Shown: positions 18,791 through 27,791, counted from the first letter of the stretch. The stretch: DNA of 64,000 bases from Eubacteriales bacterium (GCA_045602325.1 JAZSBH010000039.1:18918-82917); one strand, 5' to 3'. Made by a program: numbers and translations. Notes: generated by a model from the sequence alone, not told the origin.

Positions 18791-19579
18791 TCAGACCTCA
18801 AAGGTAAACCCGTCGTAAGCGGGCGTCACACCCTTGGGCTTCAAAAACTCCACCAGACTCTCGTGGTCGGTGTGAAGTGTCCTTGCCAGATGGGACACGT
18901 AGTATTTTACATCGGGGGCAAAGAGGTTATATTTGCGGAACATGGTCAGCATAATATCCAGCATTTCAGGGGTGTTGTGCTCAAAGATGCGCCAGTCGTA
19001 GGTGGCTGTTTCGCCACAGGTCAACTCCAGCACCATGGCGTTGACTGGTTTTTCGCGGATGATGTTCCAGGAGGTCGTGGGGATCCAGGAGGAGTCACAG
19101 CCGTAGTAGAGGATGCGGCCTTCCTGCTCCACCAAATAGAGGCGTGGGGTCTCGTCGGGAAACTCGGTGGCGTGGTTGGCGCGCAGAGGGGTGACCTTGT
19201 AGCCGCCGATGAGATAGTCGCGGTTGATATAGGTTTCTACAAACTTGATATTCTCGGCCATCTTTTCCCCCACCAGCAGGGTCAGCTTGTTCATGCACAT
19301 CTTGTCCGCCCAAAGCGTACAGCCATAGCGGGAGCAGAGATCCACCACGACCCAGGGGTCGAAATGATCGCCGTGGGAATGGGTGACAATAATGTTTTTT
19401 AGGTTGTTAAACATTTTCGGCGTACCGTTCTTTTCGGCGAAATGGAAAATGTGAGCGTTGGGATCCACCAGCAGATCGTCGTTTATGAGGATGCTGGAAT
19501 TGCGGCGGAAAAACTCTCCGTCGCGGTATGCGCGGATGTCCCAGTCGGCCGCGCCGGTGCCGAGAAAGGTTACTTTCAT
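18791..19579 (-). CDS. MBL-fold metallo-hydrolase
   Basis: 262 aa from the ATG at 19579 (GGGAGGAG SD). HSHGDH motif. Confidence 0.8.
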   Translation of the reverse strand: MKVTFLGTGAADWDIRAYRDGEFFRRNSSILINDDLLVDPNAHIFHFAEKNGTPKMFNNLKNIIVTHSHGDHFDPWVVVDLCSRYGCTLWADKMCMNKLTLLVGEKMAENIKFVETYINRDYLIGGYKVTPLRANHATEFPDETPRLYLVEQEGRILYYGCDSSWIPTTSWNIIREKPVNAMVLELTCGETATYDWRIFEHNTPEMLDIMLTMFRKYNLFAPDVKYYVSHLARTLHTDHESLVEFLKPKGVTPAYDGFTFEV

Positions 19580-19612
19580 GGAAGACTCCTCCCTGTGTTT
19601 TCGGTTATCTAT

Positions 19613-19641
19613 ATCATACACAATTTTCAAGCAAATTGCAA
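19613..19641 (-). promoter_or_regulatory. sigma-A type promoter for the MBL/ThuA/glycosidase operon
   Basis: Minus strand reads TTGCAA, 17 nt, TATGAT, preceded by TGTG. Confidence 0.5.
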
Positions 19642-19661
19642 GGGGTTTGGGGAAATTTGTG

Positions 19662-19697
19662 CAAAAAATATCCCCCTCCGCGAGAAACGGAGGGGGA
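19662..19697 (-). terminator. intrinsic terminator after the anti-sigma gene
   Basis: 10-bp GC-rich stem TCCCCCTCCG/CGGAGGGGGA (19671-19697), followed on the minus strand by TATTTTTTG. Confidence 0.85.
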
Positions 19698-19702
19698 CAG
19701 TA

Positions 19703-20491
19703 TCACGGAATATCTGTGGTAGGCAGGGCGGTTCCGGTTTCTAGTTCAGGAAGCATCGGTGTATTGTCCTCGGTGAAGAGCAGAAACTCAAAAAATTCGG
19801 TCACCGTGCTGAAATCCTCGGGCTCATCTAAGAGCCGGGGATTGAAAAAACGCACCGACAGGCAGTATCCGTCATAGTTGATATACCATATCTTCGACTG
19901 ATCCCCATGAGCATGGAATGCCTTTCCTCCACGGTCGGTCAGTCCGAATTGATCCAGCACACCCGCGTAGGAGCCTTTACTTTTGGACAGAGTAACGATG
20001 ATGCCCACGTCGTACAGCGAGGGAGGAACACTCGGCAAGTCGGACCCCGTGTCCGCAGGCATGAAATAGTAGAAGTAATTGTACTCATTTTCTGTCGCGC
20101 GAATAAAGGTGAATTCAGCGGTCTTGCACACAGGCACTACCAGAAAATCCATCCCCTGCTCGGCGTGTGTTGCTTGCCAATGTGCTACGAATTCTTCCAG
20201 ATCATCGGTATTACAAAGGGGAACCTTTTCCGAGGAAACACCCGGGTCTTCCCGGTGCAGGATAGCGAACATTCCTACAGCCAATCCGCAGAGCAGCAGT
20301 ACTGCCGCCGCCGCGATCAGTGCACGCCGTAGGATAAGTCCCTTCTTTGGTGGCTTGACTTGCTTGGGGGTAAGCTCCATCAAATAGTCGGTGGGAATGG
20401 GCGTCATAGGCTCCGCCGCTTCGGCAATCAAAGCCTCGTCCAACTCTCCAATAGCTTGGAATAATACGGTTTCGTTCATGGGTGTACTCAT
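19703..20491 (-). CDS. putative anti-sigma factor (single-pass membrane protein with ~180-aa extracytoplasmic domain)
   Basis: 262 aa. ATGA overlap with the sigma-factor stop. One TM helix (ALIAAAAVLLLCGLAVGMFAIL). The role is inferred from position only. Confidence 0.55.
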   Translation of the reverse strand: MSTPMNETVLFQAIGELDEALIAEAAEPMTPIPTDYLMELTPKQVKPPKKGLILRRALIAAAAVLLLCGLAVGMFAILHREDPGVSSEKVPLCNTDDLEEFVAHWQATHAEQGMDFLVVPVCKTAEFTFIRATENEYNYFYYFMPADTGSDLPSVPPSLYDVGIIVTLSKSKGSYAGVLDQFGLTDRGGKAFHAHGDQSKIWYINYDGYCLSVRFFNPRLLDEPEDFSTVTEFFEFLLFTEDNTPMLPELETGTALPTTDIP

Positions 20492-21045
20492 AATCCGATT
20501 CCCTCCTTTTCCAGGCATACCCGCAGCTTTTCCCGCAATCGGTACAGCCGTGCCGTGATGGCTGACTCGGAAAGTCCCGTCTCTTTGGCCAGTTGCGCGA
20601 TGGGGACAGCGTAGAAATACCGCCGCAGAAATAGCCGCCGAGCCTCGGACTCTTGGGCTTTGAGAAACCGTCCCAACACCTCTCGGATGTGCGTGCTGTC
20701 ATCCATCTTTGCGAAATCGCATGTGTCGGGCAGACATTCGCTCAGCTCCTGCGTCAGCTCCACTGTGATCCCCGTTCTCTTTTGCGCGTGCCGTTTTTCA
20801 CAGACCGACAGCGCGTTGTGACGAATGATCTTGGCAAGAAAAGCGAACAAGTGGACAGGCCTTGCCGGGGGAATGGACTGCCATGCCTCCAGATAGGTGT
20901 CGTTGACACATTCCTCTGCATCCTGCTCGTTTTCGGTTATGGAGCGGGCAATGACCGAGAGACGGGAACCGTATTTGCTCGCCGTCTCCCGCAGGGCTGT
21001 CTCGTCGCGTTGAAAGAAGAGCTCGATGATGCGTGTATCTTCCAC
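20488..21045 (-). CDS. ECF-type RNA polymerase sigma-70 family factor
   Basis: 185 aa. GTG start with a GAGGAG SD. Region 2 (DAEECVNDTYLEAW) and region 4 HTH (IAQLAKETGLSESAITARLYRLREKL). Confidence 0.85.
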   Translation of the reverse strand: MEDTRIIELFFQRDETALRETASKYGSRLSVIARSITENEQDAEECVNDTYLEAWQSIPPARPVHLFAFLAKIIRHNALSVCEKRHAQKRTGITVELTQELSECLPDTCDFAKMDDSTHIREVLGRFLKAQESEARRLFLRRYFYAVPIAQLAKETGLSESAITARLYRLREKLRVCLEKEGIGL

Positions 21046-21153
21046 GGGAATATCTCCTCTCGGTGAATATTTGGACGTATTTGAAAAGTACCTTCACCAT
21101 ATAAGGCGGATTATTTTCGTGAATCTTGCGAATGAGAGAAACTTTTTTACGGA

Positions 21154-21936
21154 CTATTTTTGATTCGCTGTATCTTCTCCGTAGAATTGTTCATAAAAGC
21201 TTTTATCCACCATTCCCGTTACGGGAGACGCCCGAAGCATGCCCTTTTGATGACGCATGATGGGTGCATAACTGTTCTCGGTGACGATGATATGCTCCAA
21301 AAACAACATGCCAATGGTTTCCATTGCGTTTTCTACCATGCGGGTAACCTCAATATCTGCGCTTGAAGGGATGGCAAGTCCCATGGGGTGATTGTGTGCG
21401 AGCACAGCACAGGAGGCATGCTTGCGCAGACAAAGCTCGGCCACCTTGCGAACGGTGACCTTGGAACAGTTGACGGCTCCGTCATCCAAATGACAGCAGT
21501 CGATGAGTCGCATGCTGTTGTCAAAAAGCAGGAGATACACCCGCTCAAAGGTGATACCCGTGTACTTGGCGTGCAGGAATTCGCCGATTTTGGCCAATGT
21601 ATCCATGGATTCGCCGGGTTCACACTTATTCAGGGCATAACGGCGAAAAGCAGAGGGCAGCATGGTCAGAAACTGTGCTGCACCGGGACCGATTCCGTCC
21701 ACCTCGCACAGTTCCTCGGGGAGCGCATCAAAAGCTCCAGCGACCGATCCGAAGCGCTCGATGAGATGGTGTGCCGTGGCATTCACGTCCACACGTGGAA
21801 TGGCATAGGTCAAAAGGAGCTCCAATATTTCGTGATCCGCAAAATCATCCAGGCCGGAGCGAGAAAATCGTTCGCGAAGTCGCTCTCTGTGGCCGGCGTG
21901 AATATTCTTATTGCTTGGGTTTGCTTGCTCAGACAT
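21154..21936 (-). CDS. radC: RadC-family JAB/MPN domain protein
   Basis: 260 aa from the ATG at 21936 (GGAGG SD). N-terminal HhH region. JAMM-like motif AHNHPMG...SSADIEVT. Confidence 0.8.
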   Translation of the reverse strand: MSEQANPSNKNIHAGHRERLRERFSRSGLDDFADHEILELLLTYAIPRVDVNATAHHLIERFGSVAGAFDALPEELCEVDGIGPGAAQFLTMLPSAFRRYALNKCEPGESMDTLAKIGEFLHAKYTGITFERVYLLLFDNSMRLIDCCHLDDGAVNCSKVTVRKVAELCLRKHASCAVLAHNHPMGLAIPSSADIEVTRMVENAMETIGMLFLEHIIVTENSYAPIMRHQKGMLRASPVTGMVDKSFYEQFYGEDTANQK

Positions 21937-21995
21937 AATAACCTCCAAAAAAGAAATGCGGACGCTATAACACGCCCGCATTCCCATGTATTTGA

Positions 21996-23393
21996 TTAGA
22001 ATGCGATGACCTTTTCAATATAAGCCTTCAGTTCGGAGATGGGCAGTCTCACCTGCTCCATGGTGTCACGGTCGCGAACAGTCACGCAACCGTCGGTCTC
22101 GGACTCAAAGTCGTAAGTGATACAGAGGGGAGTACCGATCTCGTCCTGACGGCGGTAACGCTTACCGATAGAACCGGTCTCGTCGAACTCCATGTTGAAG
22201 TACTTGGCCAGCTCGTCGTAAACCTGGCCTGCCTTCTCGGAGAGCTTCTTGGAGAGGGGAAGCACGGCGGCCTTGACGGGAGCCAGAGCGGGATGTAGGT
22301 GGAGCACCACGCGGACATCGTTCTTGGCGGGATCCACGATCTCCTCGTCGTAAGCGTCGCAGAGGAAGGCCAGAGCTACGCGGTCAGCACCCAGAGAGGG
22401 CTCGATGACATAGGGGATGTACTTTTCGTTGGTCTCGGGATCAAAGAACTCCATGGACTCGCCCGATACGGTCTGGTGCTGGGTCAGGTCGTAGTCGGTA
22501 CGGTCAGCGATACCCCAGAGCTCGCCCCAGCCGAAGGGGAACAGGAACTCGATATCGGTGGTACCCTTGGAGTAGAAGCAAAGCTCCTCGGGGCTGTGGT
22601 CGCGCAGACGGAGGTTCTCCTTACGCATACCCAGGTTGTACAGCCACTCCTCGCAGAAGCCTCTCCAGTACTGGAACCACTCCAGGTCGGTGCCGGGCTT
22701 GCAGAAGAACTCCAGCTCCATCTGCTCGAACTCACGGGTACGGAACACGAAGTTACCGGGGGTGATCTCGTTACGGAAGGACTTACCGATCTGACCCACG
22801 CCGAAGGGCATCTTGCGGCGGGTGGAGCGGGCGACGTTCTTGAACTGGACGAAGATACCCTGCGCGGTCTCGGGACGCAGATACACGGTGTTGGAGGAAT
22901 CCTCGGTAACACCGATGAAGGTCTTGAACATCAGGTTGAACTTACGGATGGAGGTGAAGTCACCGCTGCCGCAGGAGGGGCAAACAATGTGCTTTTCCTT
23001 GATGTAGTTCATCATCTCGTCGTCGGTCCAGCCGGCGGGATTGTCCTCCAGACCGTTGACAAAGGCGTAGTCCTCGATGAGCTTGTCGGCTCTGTGGCGA
23101 GTACGGCAGACCTTGCAATCCATGAGGGGGTCAGAGAAGCCGCCCAGGTGGCCCGAGGCGACCCAAGTCTGGGGATTCATGATGATAGCAGAGTCCAGAC
23201 CCACGTTGTAGCGACACTCCTGGACGAACTTCTTCCACCAAGCGCGCTTGACGTTATTCTTGAACTCAACGCCCAGGGGGCCGTAGTCCCAGGAGTTGGC
23301 GAGACCGCCGTAGATTTCGGAGCCGGGGAAGATGAAGCCGCGGTTCTTACAGAGTGCGACGATCTTGTCCATTGTCTTTGCAGAATTATCCAT
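21996..23393 (-). CDS. glyQS: glycine--tRNA ligase (homodimeric class II)
   Basis: 465 aa from the ATG at 23393. [26 protein letters not shown] and full-length GlyRS pattern. Confidence 0.95.
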   Translation of the reverse strand: MDNSAKTMDKIVALCKNRGFIFPGSEIYGGLANSWDYGPLGVEFKNNVKRAWWKKFVQECRYNVGLDSAIIMNPQTWVASGHLGGFSDPLMDCKVCRTRHRADKLIEDYAFVNGLEDNPAGWTDDEMMNYIKEKHIVCPSCGSGDFTSIRKFNLMFKTFIGVTEDSSNTVYLRPETAQGIFVQFKNVARSTRRKMPFGVGQIGKSFRNEITPGNFVFRTREFEQMELEFFCKPGTDLEWFQYWRGFCEEWLYNLGMRKENLRLRDHSPEELCFYSKGTTDIEFLFPFGWGELWGIADRTDYDLTQHQTVSGESMEFFDPETNEKYIPYVIEPSLGADRVALAFLCDAYDEEIVDPAKNDVRVVLHLHPALAPVKAAVLPLSKKLSEKAGQVYDELAKYFNMEFDETGSIGKRYRRQDEIGTPLCITYDFESETDGCVTVRDRDTMEQVRLPISELKAYIEKVIAF

Positions 23394-23443
23394 GATTCTA
23401 TATACCTCTCTTACAGTATTCAATGAAATAAAAATCAATTGTT

Positions 23444-23472
23444 ATTGTACCACATGGGTGGAAATTTGTCAA
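23444..23472 (-). promoter_or_regulatory. sigma-A type promoter for glyQS
   Basis: Minus strand reads TTGACA, 17 nt, TGgTACAAT. This leaves only a ~45-nt leader. Confidence 0.6.
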
Positions 23473-23487
23473 GGGAAAAACTGGAAA

Positions 23488-24687
23488 TTATTCCTCGTTT
23501 GCAGGGAGATTCGACAGGGGATACTGAATCACCGTATCTCTTGACAGAGGCTCACCCAGCAGGGGCAGTCCGTCCTCATCAAAGCTGATGGGCTGGACGT
23601 ACATATACCGCCCGCCCTCGCCTGCGTCGGGGGTGTGCATACCGTGGTAGGAGATCCAGGTTACGCCGTCGGGGGTGTTGAAGAAGGCGCAGTGCCCCAC
23701 GCCGTAAACCTCGTTGGCGGCGGAGAAAATGGCCTCGTTGTGTTTCTTCCAGTTGGACTTGTTCATCACGCTGTCCACGGAGAAGTCATCCCCCGTGAAT
23801 TCCAGAAGCCCCAGGCAGTAGTATTCCGACCAACAACCGCTGGCGGAGTAGATGAGGGAGAGTTTGCCGTCATGGCAGAGGAACACGGGGCCCTCGTTGA
23901 CCCGCTCGTCCTTGCCTTCGGTCTTGCCCTGACGCTCCCAGGGATACTTGGGGTAGGACACCTCGATGCGCTTGTCAGATACCGTCCAAGGGTTCTCCAT
24001 GACCGCCAAGGTGATGACCTGCCCCTTGCTCGTGAACTCGGAGAAAGCGGTATAGAGGGTGCCGCTTGCCTCGTCATAGAACACGGTCTGATCAATGGCC
24101 AGAACATTGGGGTCTGTGTATCCCTTGAAGACGTATTCCCCGAAGGGGTCGTTTGTGACCGACTCCAGACAAAACATACGGATGGAGAAGAAATCCCAGC
24201 CGCTCGTGGAGCCGCTGGCGTAAATGTACCAATGGTCGGTGGCGGGATTGTAGTGAAGCTCGGGCGCCCAGATATTGCCCTGCACCGTGTCGTTCAGATT
24301 CATGACAATGATCTTCTCGTCGGTCAGCACGGTCTTGAGATCCTTGCTGCGGTAGAGGGCGATGCCCAGCGCCTCGGTAAAGGTGGCGTAGTAGTAGCCG
24401 TCGTGGTACACCACCACAGGATCGGGGGCAGCACCTGTGGACAGAGGGTTTTGGAAGGATTCCATGACAAAGGTCTCACTTTCTGTTTCGGGCTGTGTTG
24501 GAGTCTCTGTGGGGGGCTCGGTCGTCTCCTGTGCGTGGGCTTCAGTTGTGGGAGAAGTGACCGTGCTACTTTCTGTGGGTCTCTCGGTCCCACCTCCGTT
24601 TCCTGCGAGCGTACAGGAAGCGAGCAGGAGGGTCATAAGCGCCACCCCAAGAGCGGCGGTCTGTTTCAGATGCAGTTGTTTCATCAT
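23488..24687 (-). CDS. glycoside hydrolase family 43 lipoprotein (arabinofuranosidase/xylosidase-type five-bladed propeller)
   Basis: 399 aa. Lipobox LLASC, then a Thr/Glu/Pro-rich linker. DPVVVYHDGYYY, NIWAPELHY and EGPVFLCHDGK motifs. Confidence 0.8.
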   Translation of the reverse strand: MMKQLHLKQTAALGVALMTLLLASCTLAGNGGGTERPTESSTVTSPTTEAHAQETTEPPTETPTQPETESETFVMESFQNPLSTGAAPDPVVVYHDGYYYATFTEALGIALYRSKDLKTVLTDEKIIVMNLNDTVQGNIWAPELHYNPATDHWYIYASGSTSGWDFFSIRMFCLESVTNDPFGEYVFKGYTDPNVLAIDQTVFYDEASGTLYTAFSEFTSKGQVITLAVMENPWTVSDKRIEVSYPKYPWERQGKTEGKDERVNEGPVFLCHDGKLSLIYSASGCWSEYYCLGLLEFTGDDFSVDSVMNKSNWKKHNEAIFSAANEVYGVGHCAFFNTPDGVTWISYHGMHTPDAGEGGRYMYVQPISFDEDGLPLLGEPLSRDTVIQYPLSNLPANEE

Positions 24688-24698
24688 GCCGCCACCCG

Positions 24699-25232
24699 TT
24701 ACGGATTCACGAACTTATCGTTGTACTGCTCAATGCACATTTGGATGATCTCCTCGGCCTCCTTGCGGTCAAAGAGCTCCTTAACGGCGGTCTGCTTGTT
24801 CTCCAGCTGCTTGTAGACCGTGAAGAAGTGCATGATTTCGTCGAAAATGTGGGAGGGCAGCTCGTCGATGGACTTGATGCCGTGATAGGTGGGGTCCGAG
24901 AAGGGAACCGCGATGATCTTATCGTCCAGCTTGCCGCCGTCGTACATCCGCATACATCCGATGGGGTAGACCTGCACCAGGGTCATGGGGTAGATGGGCT
25001 CGGCGCAGAGCACCAGCACGTCCAGGGGATCGCCATCGTCAGCATAGGTACGGGGAATAAAACCGTAGTTAGCGGGGTAGTGGGTGGCGGTGTAGAGCAC
25101 GCGATCCAGACGGCGCATACCGTTCTTCTTGTCCAGCTCGTACTTGCAGGACGAGCCCTTGGGGATCTCGATGACGGCGGTAAAGTCTGTGGGGGCGATC
25201 TCGGCGGGGTCAATGTCGTGCCAAACGTTCAT
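24699..25232 (-). CDS. ppa: inorganic diphosphatase (family I)
   Basis: 177 aa. AAGGAGG SD. YELDKKNG and DGDPLDVLVL motifs. Confidence 0.95.
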   Translation of the reverse strand: MNVWHDIDPAEIAPTDFTAVIEIPKGSSCKYELDKKNGMRRLDRVLYTATHYPANYGFIPRTYADDGDPLDVLVLCAEPIYPMTLVQVYPIGCMRMYDGGKLDDKIIAVPFSDPTYHGIKSIDELPSHIFDEIMHFFTVYKQLENKQTAVKELFDRKEAEEIIQMCIEQYNDKFVNP

Positions 25233-25275
25233 GGGGGGCCTCCTTATGTAAATGATGTGGTTTTGTGGTGAATGC

Positions 25276-25755
25276 TTACGGATGCTCGCGGGTATCGGCG
25301 TAATCGTAAAGAATTTCTTGTGCCCAGTAAGAAGCCGATCTTTCTTCTCCGACGGGAGTTAATTTAATATCGTTCAGCCATAGAAAATAGTGTGTCAGCT
25401 CGTGGGCGATGCATTTGAGGTTTACCGTTAAAATACTGTCTTTTCCCCACTCCTCCAAACGCTTCTCATAATCTCCCGTGGCGATTCGCACGTAAGGCTC
25501 CATCAGTCGGTCGAAGGGACAAAAACACGTTCCGTAGGCAAGATCACCGTCCATACACTGAACCTGTTCGCAAGCCTTGACGTACACGACGACGCGCATG
25601 GGAAATTCATATTCCGAGCGGAGCCAATCGCAGAACTCCATGCAGGCGCGCCGAACCTCCGGGTCGACCCCCTTCTCATACCGTACCCGCAAGCCGGTTC
25701 GGTGAGGGTGTTGGTCGTAGAAGGCGCGCCATTTTTTTGATCGCCAGATGTTCAT
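25276..25755 (-). CDS. hypothetical protein with HExxH motif
   Basis: 159 aa. The obg stop lies 2 nt upstream of the ATG. Contains HELTHY. I recognise no family. Confidence 0.6.
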   Translation of the reverse strand: MNIWRSKKWRAFYDQHPHRTGLRVRYEKGVDPEVRRACMEFCDWLRSEYEFPMRVVVYVKACEQVQCMDGDLAYGTCFCPFDRLMEPYVRIATGDYEKRLEEWGKDSILTVNLKCIAHELTHYFLWLNDIKLTPVGEERSASYWAQEILYDYADTREHP

Positions 25756-25757
25756 GG

Positions 25758-27056
25758 TTACTTCACATAATCAAACTCAAACTCATAGATCGAAACCGTG
25801 TCTCCGTCCTTACAGCCCTTTTCTTCCAGCATCTCAAACACCCCGCTATTCTGCAGGACGCGCTGGAAGTAGTTGAGGGACTCGTAATCGTCGAAGTTGA
25901 TGCGCCCCATGAGGTTGTAGATCCAGTCGCCCTCCACGAAGAAGGTACGGTTCTCCTGGCGGATGACGGTGTCCTTGACACCCGCTCCGGCAATGTCGGA
26001 CAGAAGTGCCTCACCCTCGGCCACCTCGCTCTCGTAGACCGTGATGGGGGGGAGCAGCTTCAGCCGCTCGGAGACGCGGAAGATCATGTCCTGAATGCCC
26101 TCACCCGTGGCGGCGGAGACGTAGATCATCTCCCACTCGTTCTCGTCCACGAAGTCCTCGAAGGCCTGTACGTCCACGACCTCCTCATCCAGCGCGTCGT
26201 ACTTGTTGGCGATGATGATCTGGGGGCGGGTCGCCAGCTCGGGGCTGTACTTTTCCAGCTCGGAGTTGATGTTCTTCACATCCTCGATGGGATCTCTGCC
26301 TTCAAAGCAGGAGATGTCCACCACGTGGAGCAGCAGTCGGCAGCGGTCGATGTGGCGCAGGAAATCGTGCCCCAGACCCGCGCCCTCGGCGGCGCCGTCG
26401 ATGAGTCCGGGAATGTCGGCGGCCACGAAGCCGTCGCCCCCCGCCACCTGGACTACGCCCAGATTGGGAGACAGGGTGGTGAAGTGGTAGTCAGCGATCT
26501 TGGGGCGTGCCGCGCTGATGCGAGCCAGCAGGGAGGACTTACCCACGCTGGGATAGCCGATCAGACCCACGTCTGCGATCATTTTCAGCTCCATGAGGAC
26601 TTCGCGCTCTTCGCCGCGGGTGCCGTTCTTGGCGAACTGGGGAGCCTGACGGGTGGCGGTGGCGAAGTGGCGGTTGCCCCAGCCGCCTCGGCCGCCACGG
26701 CAGCAGATGTAGTCCGCGCCGCCGTTCTCGGACATATCGTGGATGACCTTGCCCGTGGCGGCATCCTTTATGACAGTCCCTTCGGGAACAGGAAGGATCA
26801 GATCCTCGGCGTTGGCGCCGTGGAACTTCTCGGGCATACCGTTGCCGCCGTTCTGAGCGGTAAAGTGGTGCTTGTAGCGGTAGGCCAGCAGGGTATTGGT
26901 GCCCTTGTCCACGCGGAAGACGATGTTACCGCCGTTACCGCCGTCGCCGCCGCTGGGGCCGCCGTGGGAGACGTACTTCTCGCGATGGAAGGCGATGGCA
27001 CCGTTGCCGCCGTTGCCGGCCTTGAGGTAGACTTTTACGTGGTCGAAGAATTGCAT
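25758..27056 (-). CDS. obg: GTPase Obg/CgtA
   Basis: 432 aa. Gly-rich Obg fold (GGNGGNG, GGPSGGDGGNGG). G1 GYPSVGKSS. C-terminal OCT-like domain. AAGGAG SD. Confidence 0.95.
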   Translation of the reverse strand: MQFFDHVKVYLKAGNGGNGAIAFHREKYVSHGGPSGGDGGNGGNIVFRVDKGTNTLLAYRYKHHFTAQNGGNGMPEKFHGANAEDLILPVPEGTVIKDAATGKVIHDMSENGGADYICCRGGRGGWGNRHFATATRQAPQFAKNGTRGEEREVLMELKMIADVGLIGYPSVGKSSLLARISAARPKIADYHFTTLSPNLGVVQVAGGDGFVAADIPGLIDGAAEGAGLGHDFLRHIDRCRLLLHVVDISCFEGRDPIEDVKNINSELEKYSPELATRPQIIIANKYDALDEEVVDVQAFEDFVDENEWEMIYVSAATGEGIQDMIFRVSERLKLLPPITVYESEVAEGEALLSDIAGAGVKDTVIRQENRTFFVEGDWIYNLMGRINFDDYESLNYFQRVLQNSGVFEMLEEKGCKDGDTVSIYEFEFDYVK

Positions 27057-27172
27057 ATGGTTGGTCTCCTTTCGTGGGAGGATGTTATGGAGGAATAATG
27101 GTTAAGCAGGGAAAATGACTTGCAAACCGAATGAACTGTCTATGCGCGGTATGATCCAAAGGTAAAAAAATA

Positions 27173-27243
27173 CCATCTCCGCGCTTGCCTTCCCCTTGGG
27201 GAAGGTGGCACGCCCATAGGGCGTGACGGATGAGGGTCACCCT
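27173..27243. repeat. left copy of a ~70-bp three-hairpin module (inverted relative to 27685-27755)
   Basis: CCTTCCCC-tt-GGGGAAGG, CACGCCC-ata-GGGCGTG, AGGGT-c-ACCCT. About 90 percent identical by eye to the reverse complement of 27685-27755. Confidence 0.85.
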
Positions 27244-27270
27244 TGGGGTGCTACTCTGTTTGGAGAAGTA

Positions 27271-27639
27271 TTATTCCAAATCCGCTGCGGTCAACCCCAA
27301 ACGTCTCAAAATATCCTCGCATACGGCTTGAAAGTTTCGGTTAATGTCTTGATTTGAATATCGCAAGACGGTGATCCCCAATGCCCAAAGTTCTCTATCT
27401 CTTTCATCATCAGCTGCACGGTTCTCGGGAAATTTGTGTTGTCGTCCGTCGATTTCTATAGCCAGACTGTGGCTGTGAATATAGAAATCAATGATGTAGT
27501 TTCCAATGTTCTTTTGACGGTTTACGGTGAGGGGCAGGCGTTGCAGGAAAAGATACCAAAGCTTTCTTTCAGCGTTGGTCATGTTGTTTCGCAGATCCTT
27601 GGCGAAGGAAACAAGTTTTTTGTTATGGTAGAGTGGCAT
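27271..27639 (-). CDS. DUF559-like (Vsr/restriction-endonuclease-fold) small protein
   Basis: 122 aa from the ATG at 27639 (MPLYHNKKLVSFAKDLR...). NAERKLW, IDFY and IEIDG-type pattern recalled from DUF559. The track start at 27741 would translate through the repeat module. Confidence 0.7.
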   Translation of the reverse strand: MPLYHNKKLVSFAKDLRNNMTNAERKLWYLFLQRLPLTVNRQKNIGNYIIDFYIHSHSLAIEIDGRQHKFPENRAADDERDRELWALGITVLRYSNQDINRNFQAVCEDILRRLGLTAADLE

Positions 27640-27684
27640 GATGTTATATTGTTGGGTGGATGACGGAAAAGAGTGAAATCGGGA

Positions 27685-27755
27685 AGGGTGACCCTCATCC
27701 GTCACGGCTATGCCGTGCCACCTTCCCCCAGGGGAAGGCAAGCGCGGGGATGGAA
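27685..27755. repeat. right copy of the ~70-bp three-hairpin module
   Basis: AGGGT-g-ACCCT, CACGGC-tat-GCCGTG, CCTTCCCC-ca-GGGGAAGG. Lies 45 nt upstream of the DUF559-like start. Confidence 0.85.
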
Positions 27756-27791
27756 TTTATGTGGAGAAGCTATACACCGCGTGGGATGAGA

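Noticed and set aside
21046-21153. Autoregulated ECF promoter (GGAAC-like -35, CGTC -10) upstream of the sigma-factor gene
   Set aside because: Only GGTAC and CGTC separated by 10 nt are present, and ECF promoters need about 16-17 nt spacing. No confident call is possible.
27173-27755. Calling the DUF559 cassette an insertion sequence or transposon
   Set aside because: There is no transposase, integrase or recombinase. I found no convincing target-site duplication: GGAGAAGTAT and GGAGAAGCTAT occur at 27263-27272 and 27763-27773, but one is inside and one outside the repeats. It is kept as a finding, not annotated as a mobile element.
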